A stretch of DNA of 64,000 nt from contig OZ076411.1 of the NCBI GenBank assembly GCA_964187785.1, positions 26,040,001 through 26,104,000 of the forward strand. The letters are read 5' to 3'. The position numbers and the translations under genes are program-made. Source of the stretch: Amphiscolops sp. MND2022. Its lineage: Eukaryota. Positions within the stretch are counted from its first letter, which is position 1, and every line of letters begins with the position of its first letter. Below the pieces are notes generated by a model. It worked only from the letters and a program-made list of their open reading frames with translations. It was not told the DNA's origin and made no database searches. Below, one piece after another: positions 1 through 9,800 of the stretch.

Positions 1-358
1 ATCTCATCTACTCATAGAAGTTTCTACTTCTTAGGTGTTTACAAACAATCTTGTGCTAGAGTAGATTGATATAGAAACAGTCTATAGAGAGAAGCTCTTT
101 GTCGAAACAAATTTTTAAATAACAATATGTTTATTTTGGATCCAAAAACAAAAACAAAAAAAAAACGGAAAAAGGTCTAAACTCACTGTATATCCAGTGG
201 AAAACGTTTTTCGGACACGATCTGAAACTGCGAACAGGGTTTACAGAAACTTCAGAACCGGTCCTGGAAATTTTCCCATTCTGTTTGGCTTTGATGCGTC
301 TAAAGGTATTTCGTGTAGTGAATCTCCAGATGCTAGAAATTTTGAACTTTCGAAATTT

Positions 359-469
359 CCACCGATGGTCCACCGGTGGACCACCGGTGGACACAGGTGG
401 GAAAGCTTCCATGTAATCTAATTTTCCCTCTGCGGTGGCCACCGGTGGTCCACCGATGGCCAGTGGTGG
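359..469. repeat. Array of 11-bp-period palindromic CCACCG(G/A)TGG units in two clusters
   Basis: ccaccgatgg 359-368, ccaccggtgg 370-379 and 381-390, ccaccggtgg 439-448, ccaccgatgg 450-459, plus degenerate units. CCACCGGTGG is a perfect 10-bp palindrome. Confidence 0.8.
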
Positions 470-1815
470 GTTACCATGGGTTGTCAGTACGGGAAGTTTG
501 AGCACACAAACAAATTCAATGAAAACTCATTCAAATCAGGGTTATTTCAGTTGAGATTTGTATATAAATGCGAAATGCAACATGAAACAGCTTGGTCTCA
601 TTGAATATAAAATGCTTTATTTTTTAATGCTTTAGTTAAATGAGTAAAGTTAGGGCAGCAGTTCAAACAAAATTTTCAAAGGAGTTCAAAATTTTCAAAC
701 CTCGAAAATGAAATGAGGCTGAAAATGTCTGAAAACATGCAAAATTTCAGATCAATAGAAACCTATCAAAAACGTAAAAAGCAACTTTCAAACTCTACAG
801 CTTTGGATACTAAGTGAGAGGTTGTTTGTACTAACTTGTTTGAGATAACTGGGTATGATGCGATTACTAGTATTATGGAAACCAAAAGGCTCCGTTTGAC
901 CGCTTGACAAAAACAGTTGCTAGCTACGATTCCCTGCAATTATCGATATATTACTGTCAAAAATTCCTCTCTCTTGCATTTCCAATGGCGTGAAGAGACA
1001 TTTGATTCCTTAATAGCCTTCATTTAGTGTATGGCACTTCCTGTAGCAGGTGATTGAACAAACATCATTTCACACCTTGTTGCATTAATTTAATCAGTCT
1101 CTCCCTTCATGCATCTTGTGTTGGTCTCAGTTACATCTCTTCCATGAAACTTGATCCTTGTTTCTGCTGACATTGTGATGATTGAATCACACGCTGAAAA
1201 AAATCAAGCTGACGATATCTGTTGAAACTGATCTTGCCGTTTCCTGTTGAGGATATCATTCCTTAAATCACCAGTAGATGAAGTTGAGAGAGCACCAAAT
1301 TGGGATACTTCTGACCAAAACAATCTTTTGAAAAAACTTTTGTTTGTTACCGGAAATGGGATGATTTTTAGAGGCTCAAAATGTTAAAGGTTAAAGATAC
1401 GTTATAACTTGCATTACTTAAAAGAAGCTACTACTTAGCACTGCTTTTCAGTTATTGATAACAAGGTTTGTTGGGTATAGCGACAACTAATGTGAAGCGA
1501 CAAACTCATATCAGGCGAAGACTCACATCAAATGCGAAAATTCGTCAACTCATTTCAACATTCAATGTAACCCCAAACATAATTTTTTTAGGTTGTGGAT
1601 TGATCGCCACCCCGCTTAAGCCTCAAATAGAGTAAAAGTCCTTCAGAGTGTCAAAGATTCTCTTTGAATAAATTCTCAATTTCACAGTAAATAAAAACCC
1701 AAAGGGACTTTTTTGAGCCAAAAAGGGTTTTTTGCTTTTATTCTCACCGGAAGTATCAATTACTTCGGACAAAAGGTCAAATTCAAATTTAGTGTTTTCT
1801 TTTGACAACATTGAT

Positions 1816-2241
1816 TGTTGCGGTGCAATACAAATAAGACTGAATTAAAACAAATAATAATAAGTCCGCTTGGCCGAATGGTTAATTCAGTTCGCTATGG
1901 GCATTATCGAGATCGCAGGTTCGATTCCCGGGACCGTCAAATATTTGGGAAAATACCCAAATATCCAAAATATCTCTGATTTTTGCAAATATGTATTTCG
2001 ATTAACCTTGAAATTGCGTAAAAAGGTCTTGCTAGCTTTTGTTTGTTAGTGTTTATTGTTGTTTGATAATATTTAAATAATTATTGTTCATTTGTCTGCG
2101 AAACGCAATAATTCTACTGTTATTTATATTCATTTGAGCCACGTTTTGACACGGATCTGACTGACATCCTATTCAAAAAATAAAGTATTGATTGCTTTGG
2201 GTTTTAACCGAACTCTAGAAACCGAATTCTAAAGTTTTACA
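1816..2241 (+). repeat. BEL/Pao 5' LTR (426 bp)
   Basis: Starts TGTTGCGG, ends TTTTACA; AATAAA at 2179-2184; matches 10393-10818. Confidence 0.97.
1871..1928 (+). promoter_or_regulatory. tRNA-type Pol III A box + B box inside the BEL LTR (second copy 10448-10505)
   Basis: A box TGGCCGAATGG (1871-1881) and B box GGTTCGATTCC (1918-1928), 36 nt apart. A 9-bp hairpin (1941-1964) and a T5 run (1980-1984) follow. Confidence 0.65.
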
Positions 2242-2258
2242 TGGTGGCCATAGAGAGG
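2242..2258 (+). promoter_or_regulatory. Primer-binding site of the BEL element
   Basis: TGGTGGCCATAGAGAGG directly follows the LTR-terminal CA. TGG complements tRNA CCA; TGGTGGCC resembles the complement of a tRNA-Ile 3' end (primer identity is inference). Confidence 0.8.
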
Positions 2259-3002
2259 CTCGAAAAAACATTCTTTTGGCAATTGTATTCAAATCCAAAC
2301 AATCAGTTCATCCCCAATTAATTCGGGAAAAATTTGGCTATTATTTTACAACTTGACCTGTTGCCAACTCAAATTTGGTCGGATACCTAATTATTGCCTT
2401 CACCCTGCGCCCGTTCAGACGAGGTGGATTTTGACTGGGTCGAAGTTGGAAGAGAGACATTGTTTTATGTTACTGGACTGGAAGAATTCCGAGCAGAAGA
2501 ACAACGAAATAAATAGTGACAACTGTATACCCCCCTGTATGACAACCCGCCCGGCCACTGAAAAGGTAGCAATGTTCAGTTTGATACAATCGTGAGCCAG
2601 CATTGATTTGTGGAACGCCGAAAACGCTTCCTTCAATTGAAGACAACACGTGACCCTCAGGAGGGGCCCTAATTCTACCTACCACCCCCCCGCCCCTCGA
2701 AACGTTGATGAGGGTGTCCCCCACCACAAATACAGCAGAAGCCGTTTCCCCCAGCCGAGGAAGACCTCCCCACAGTCAAGGAATGTCACCTGCAAAACTG
2801 TTAGAATAAAACTGTTTTGTTACCGGTAAAACTGTTAGAAACTCATCTATACTTGTCCTTTCGAAAAATGTGCTTCGTTTTTGGGTAGCAAGACCAGAAA
2901 AAAAAACATTTGACGACTTTTGAAAAACGCATTTTTCGCGCAAAGAAAGATCAACAATCCCGATAATTGTAAAAGGTATGTAGAAGATTGCCATAAAAGT
3001 GA

Positions 3003-3605
3003 ATGGTACGAATTTTGGCCGCAAGTTCTTTGCATCACGCAATTGAAACTATTAACCCCGAAAATCAGACAGCTATAAAAGAAAAAGTTTATTCCATTCC
3101 GGGCCTGAGCTTGAACATTAACGCAAAAAATCCTCAAAAAATTGTACAAACCCTGATTGAAAAGGATTTCAAAGACGAAAAAGAACTGATAATTTGGCAC
3201 GACGTCATTAATAACAGCATCTGTAAACATAAAAGCAACTTTTATCGTGCCTTGTCAGTAATTGACTTAGTAAATGTTCTGAAATCCTATCAACACAGAA
3301 TCAGGGCTCTTGTGTACTGCCAACGTGACCGAACGCCAGACATCTTTGCCGAATTACAGAAAACTAACATCCTAGTCTTGAGTATTGAAAAAGACCTCAT
3401 TTCATTGCGAAAGCAAAAAGATTCAGACTATTTGCAAAATTTGAAGGCATTACATCAGAGCCCCGATCTGGAATTGAAACATTTGCATACAATTTTGAAA
3501 AATGAAGATGATTTGTCTCAAATTACTGCCCGCAGTCGTCCCAAACGCCCCTCTAAACGCGCCCGTAAAGCAATAAAGAACACGTTGCCTGCTGCCAACG
3601 AGTAA
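3003..3605 (+). CDS. Accessory 200-aa ORF inside the BEL element upstream of gag; putative SGNH/GDSL-hydrolase-like fold with basic C-terminal tail
   Basis: Uninterrupted ORF between PBS and gag. VRILAASSL, SIPGLS, LIIWHDVINNS and KALHQ occur in the order of SGNH blocks I, II, III and V; the C-terminus is RSRPKRPSKRARKAIK. ORF is seen; fold is inferred. Confidence 0.65.
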   Translation: MVRILAASSLHHAIETINPENQTAIKEKVYSIPGLSLNINAKNPQKIVQTLIEKDFKDEKELIIWHDVINNSICKHKSNFYRALSVIDLVNVLKSYQHRIRALVYCQRDRTPDIFAELQKTNILVLSIEKDLISLRKQKDSDYLQNLKALHQSPDLELKHLHTILKNEDDLSQITARSRPKRPSKRARKAIKNTLPAANE

Positions 3606-3832
3606 ACTACCCCGCCTTTCGAGTTGTAGCTGTGTCCGGACTTAACTGACCGGTTGACGCTGCAACCCGCTTCCTCCTTTCCTTTCTGTGCTGTGTCCGA
3701 GCTTAACTGCTCGGTTGATGTTCAGAAGGAACTCCCACCCTAAACAGCAGCGTGTTCCTTTTTAATCTGTCATACACCGTGCGACCCATCGTGACTGTCT
3801 TCTTTTAGCCTAAACAAAAAAAAACAGGCAAG

Positions 3833-6800
3833 ATGACAGATTCCCAACACGAAAAAGTTCAAAAACTCCACGAAAATCGGTTGAAGGCGCAGACTGAATT
3901 GAATACCCTCCAACAAAAGATACTCGATTCCATTACAAATGGAGATCGAAGGGTTCGAGTCGAACGTCTTGTCAAAGAAACCGAAGATGCAATGACGAAA
4001 GCTTTTACCAGAAACAAACAGCTGATTACGCTTGCATCTAAAACTTCTGACTCGGAAACAGTTCAAGCCGACTTAGAAAAGTGGTTGCGAGAAGTCACGG
4101 AGCAAAATGACGAAATTTTGAGAAAAGCTCGTGAATACATCGACAGTTGCACTGAATCCGATGTAAAGTCCCACTCATCCGTCGGCACAGTTAACAAAAG
4201 CGCATCCAAAAGATCATCGACTTCTGGTAGAACGAAAACATCGAGCCAACGACAAAAAGACCTTCTTCTAGCAACGCAGCGACGAGAAGAACTAGAACGA
4301 CAAAATGCGAACGCCATTCGTTTGGCTAAACAGAAGCAAGAGGTCGCTCGAAAACAATTGGAACGCGAAAAAGAGCGGTTGGAAGAAGAACAAGCTCTCC
4401 AATTGGAAGAACTACAAGAAGAAAACAGAAGAAAACTTGCCGAAGCTAAGCTCACCGAATTGGAATTAACTGACGACTTGTCTCAAGTGACCGACGAATT
4501 TCATGAAACTCTGTCTCGGATTAGTAAACACTCGAAGCAAACCACGTCCCAGAGAGTGTCTGACTGGGTTAATGAAGTCAATGAACCTGATAGTGTTTCA
4601 AATCAACCGCAGACCAATACAGTCGATTTAAACAATGTACCTGGATCGTCGAACACCGCAGTCATTCTTGAATCAAACGATGTTGTTCGAATGCGACAAG
4701 CAACGCTAGAAATGAGATCATTAGCTGATGGTAATATTGGGCCGAGACAAAGCCAGATTCCCCAAATCGGCATTTCGTCTAATTCTACCATTCTGAGGCC
4801 AAACAGTACTCCACCTTCATTTGCTGCGATTAACCCACTGCCCATGTTTCAACTACCAACCGTGAGCACCACATCGAACACTGTTTCCTCCGTGACAGTA
4901 CCAGTAGTTAATCAGCAACCTCTGACTATGCTCTCGCAGGTCCAACCGTCTGTCGCTCCAACTACGACAAGGACTCAAGTCAACATTCCATCGAGCCATG
5001 TCATACCGAACTTGTCTGCTTGGACATTTCCGGCTCCGAGTAGCTTCCCCACAGTACATACTACAGTTCCGCAGCCTGTAAGACGACAAGTTATGCTACC
5101 GAGCACAACTGCAACACCGATCGTGACAACAACGGGGATTTTTACACCAGTTGTACCAATTCAAAGCGGAGGAACAACTTTCTATTGTAATCCGCTTGCG
5201 ACAACAACCCCATCAATGACTTTCCCGGTTCCACCGTCTACAACAGCCACAGTAAACGTTCCTTTTCCGACGTTTCCGCATACAGTTCAGTCAACCATTC
5301 CCCCTGTAACGCCAACTGCGGTTACTATCCAAGACCTTGCACAACTACTGACTGCTGCCAAAAAGGACCATCTTCCTGAGTGGAAACTAGAGCATTATAA
5401 TGGAGACCCACTGCAATGGCACGAGTGGATTGGACAATTTAGAAGTGCCATTGATTCCGCACCACTCTCGAACGATGTGAAACTCACGTACTTGAAAACG
5501 CTTGTAACTGGCAAGGCCAAGACAGCGATAGCTGAGTTTGCTTATTGCGGCACAATGTATCAAGAAGCACTTAAAACTCTCGAGCGTAAATTTGGCCAAC
5601 CACACGCTGTCGTAAGTGCTCACTTGGACAAATTGAGTGGCTTCCCACCGTTGAAAATGCACAACAGTGAAAACGTGATTGCTTTCTCTGCAACGATTTC
5701 GGCGTTGGTAGGAGTTTTTCGCTCCTTGAAGTATGAACACGACTTGTCAAGTGCAGCACTTTTGGGCCAAGCAGTACAGAAACTCCCCCCAAACATGAAG
5801 GAAGCTTGGTCTATGCACACTGTCAAGAAGGATTGGAGCCGGCCAACTCTCTTAGATTTTAACGAATGGTTGAAAGATAAGGCCGAGGCACACGAGAGGA
5901 TGAAAGCCTCAGCCACAAAACCCAAGAATGATGAAAGCGCGCCATCCGTTACTCGAACAAAAACTGGTGCAAAAGTTTTTGCCTCTGCTACCTCTAGCGC
6001 ATCTGCAAACGGAACCGGAACCAAGCCTAACCGAGTGCAACCAAACTGTATCGTGTGCAAAGACAACCATCCACTGTGGCGCTGTCGCGTGTTTCTTGAC
6101 AAAACGCCTACCGAAAGAGCAAAGATTGTTGCCGAAAACAAACTTTGTTTTTCCTGTCTGAAAAGAAACCATTCTTTCCGACAATGTCCGCAACCACGCA
6201 AGTGCAACAAAGATGGATGCAACAGCTCTCACAACACCCTGCTACATGGCGCAGAGAGAGTTTTCCAACCAAGAACAACACCGAAACCGTCCACTAACCA
6301 AGCAACTGGATCGCGTAGCCCCAAAATAACTGTGAACAAAGCTGGAGAGAGCTCCGGAGTTTGTTCCGTGAGCGATGTGAAAGGACTTCTTCAAATAACT
6401 GAAGTTGAAGTTCATACACCAACCACCTCCGTCAAAGTTTTGGCCCTGTGCGACTCCGCCTGCAGTCACTCTTGGATCTCCGAAGATCTCGCAACCAAGT
6501 TGAACGTAAAGGGCTTACCGACCAAACTAACTGTTCATGGCATCAATTCGCAACAAGTTGTTGACACTCAAATAGTTGAGCTTAAGTTGACGCCGGTTCA
6601 TTCGGGTGGCTCTTGCTCTACTTTTGATGTCAAACCTTACGTCAGAAAAAACTTGCATGTTGGAAACGATGTCATTGATGTTGACCAATTGAAACAACAA
6701 TACCCTCACTTGGAGCCCGTTGCTCTGAGCAAGTACAGCTACGGAGACGTCGAAATGATACTGGGTCAAGACGTGTTCCATTCAATCCGCCCATTGGAGT

Positions 6801-9800
6801 ATTTTGAATCCGACCGAAAAAATACTCCAATCGCCGTCCGATTACCGTTGGGTTGGGTTTTGAGTGGACCTCTGCCTTCGACTTCGGGACTCGTCTCGAC
6901 TTGCTTCAAAGCTGTCACGCAAAGTGAGAGTGACTCCAAGTTGGCCGATCAACTTCGGAGTTGGTATGAAATGGAGTCTTTTGCTGCCATGAAACAAGTA
7001 GACCCGCGCTCTGCTGCCGATGCTAGAGCGTCGAAGATTCTACAAGAAACAACATACCATGACGGATGCCGATATCAGGTCGGTATGTTGTGGGCTGATG
7101 ACGAGAGTAGTCTCCCGAACAACTATTTTTCAGCCTTAGTGCAATTGAAATCCCTTGAACGCCGACTCGAAAAAACTCCTGAACTGAAAGCGAGTTACGC
7201 TCAGACCATTAAAGACGACTTCGACAAGGGATACATCGTTCAAGTCGACAAGTCAGACTGTTTTAGAGTTGACAACCCGCGTGAGTGGTACCTACCGCAC
7301 CACCCAGTGTTTCACCCTCACAAGCCAGGAAAAGTACGCCGTGTACTCAATGGTGCAGCGAAATATCATGGTGTTTCACTGAACAGCAAACTTTTAACTG
7401 GTCCTGACTTGTTGCAAACGTTAATCCATGTGCTCATGCGATTCCGACAACATCCCTATGCCGTATCCGCTGACATCGAGGGAATGTTTTTACAAGTTGG
7501 TGTGATCCCTGAAGACCGACCGTCTCTTCGTTTTCTGTGGCGGGAGGACCCAGCAACAGATGTCGCTGTGTACCAATACGTACGTCACATTTTTGGCTCT
7601 AAGGATTCACCAACGTGTGCCAACTACGCGTTGCAACAGACTGCACGTGACAACCAAAACCAGTTCCATGAAGCCGCCAACAGTGTGGAAAACCATTTTT
7701 ACATGGATGATTATCTCGAGTCAAGCCCAACCGTCAACGAAGCAACCAAGAAAGCTCAAGATCTCGTTGAAATGTTAGCCAAAGGTGGTTTCAAACTAAC
7801 TAAGTTTGTCAGCAATGTTCCTAGTTTGGTTAAAAACGTTGACCCGAAATCTCAACCGCCTACCGACTCGACCGAGAAAGTCTTAGCAACAGACGAAGAG
7901 ACATCTCATGTATTGGGCTTGAAATGGAACCACAGTCGTGACACTTTGGTTGTCAGCAGAGGCACCACGCCTGACCTGAACCGACCAATTACACAGCGTA
8001 TTGTTCTTAGCTTAGTGTCCGCAGTGTATGATCCCATTGGTCTCGTCGCGCCATACACTGTAACTGCCCGCCTTTTGTTGAAAGACATTTGGCGCCTGAG
8101 CGGGCAACAATGGGACAACAATCTGCCTGACGACGTTAGCGAAAAGTTTCTTGAATGGGCCGCAGAACTTCCCAAGTTGAGTGAGATAACAATTCCGAGA
8201 TCCTACTTCCGCGGAACTATTGAAAACGTCGAGTTACACGTATTCGGAGACAGCTCCCAGGACGTCTTTTCCGCTGTTGCTTTCCTCCGTGCGAGAGTAG
8301 ACAGCAACGAAGGGACTGAAACTCAGTTAGCCTATGTCTTTGGGAAAGCTCGTGTCGCTCCGATGAAAGTGCTAACAATCCCGAAATTGGAACTCCAAGC
8401 TGCCCTCTTAGCAGCCCGACTTAAAGACGAAATCCAACAAGCGCTAACAGTACCAGTTGAAACAACATTCATGTGGACCGACAGTACAACCGTCCTTCAA
8501 TGGCTCCATTCCATTGACAAGAAACCCGTATTCGTCGCCAACAGAGTTGCCGAAATTCTTGAGTTGACGACGGTTGATGAATGGAACCACGTGCCAACAG
8601 CCGACAACCCGGCAGACGCGGGCACTCGCGGCCTGCCGGCAAACTCCCTTTTGAACAGTCCTTGGCTCAAAGGCCCCAAATTCTTGATGACTTCTGATTG
8701 GCCTTTCCAGCCGTCAGGAGAAATCTTGAAAACTAATTTGAAGAACATCGATTCCAGTGAAGTCAACACCAAGCCAGTCTATCAAGAAGCAACAGCGAAT
8801 ACCGCAAGTGTATCCTCCAATGTCCTAACTCTCGAGTGGCAAAAGTACAGCTCGTACGAGAAACTTTTGCGCATTGTAGCCTACATTTTGCGTGTTTTAC
8901 CGAAATTCTCTTGTAATAGAACCAAAACAGGAGCAATCACTGAAACAAAAAACCTGCTCAAGTCTCATCCGGTGAGCAGGCCTTCAATCATAAAAGATTT
9001 CTCCCCCTTCATTGGTTCAAACGGCCTTCTCCGTGCTCAAGGTCGAACAAAAAATCTGGAAGTTGCCAACTTCGATGTCAAGCACCCTATCTTGCTTGAC
9101 AGCCGACACCCTGCAGTTCGACTATTTCTAGAACATCTCCATGAGAAACATTATCATCAAGGCGTCGAATACTTGGGAGCCTTGATACAGCAGAAGTTTG
9201 CCATTGTAAAATTGAGAACAACATTGAGGACTATCCAAACCAGATGCGTAACGTGTCGCAAACGCAAAGCAGAGACGCTGACCCCGATAATGGCCGATCT
9301 GCCAAAAGAACGCCTGGCGTTTGCAGCGCGACCTTTTACAAACACTGGCTTAGACTACTTTGGCCCTTTCTATGTATCTGTTAAACGCTCCACGGAGAAG
9401 CGGTGGGGATTTCTCTTCACATGCCTGACAACACGCGCTGTCCATTTCGAAGTTGTGCCATCAATGGATACCAGCAGCTGTGTCATGGGAATTGAGAGAT
9501 TTGTTGCCCGTCGGGGCATCCCCTCCGTCATCTGGTCAGACAATGGGACGAACTTTGTTGCAACAGAGAAAGAATTACTCCAGAACGTTCTCAAGTGGAA
9601 CCATCAATCAATTGCCGAATCCATGGTAAAGAAAGGTGTCAACTGGAAGTTTAATCCTCCTAGTGCTCCACACCATGGCGGTGTCTGGGAAAGACTAGTG
9701 AGAAGTTTCAAGCATACTTTCTATGCGATACTCGGCAATAGACGCTTGACCGACGAAATACTAACAACTGTGTTTTGCCTTGTGGAGCAGAGCCTCAACG

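Noticed and set aside
1864-1935. Possible tRNA gene in the BEL LTR (and tRNA-like heads at 11585, 22925, 60223, 61095)
   Set aside because: A/B boxes are present, but acceptor, anticodon and T stems do not pair into a cloverleaf; treated as tRNA-derived Pol III elements.
6445-6475. Protease motif DSA instead of D(S/T)G as a sign of inactivation
   Set aside because: The catalytic Asp and surrounding hydrophobic pattern are intact; without a family alignment it cannot be called a lesion.
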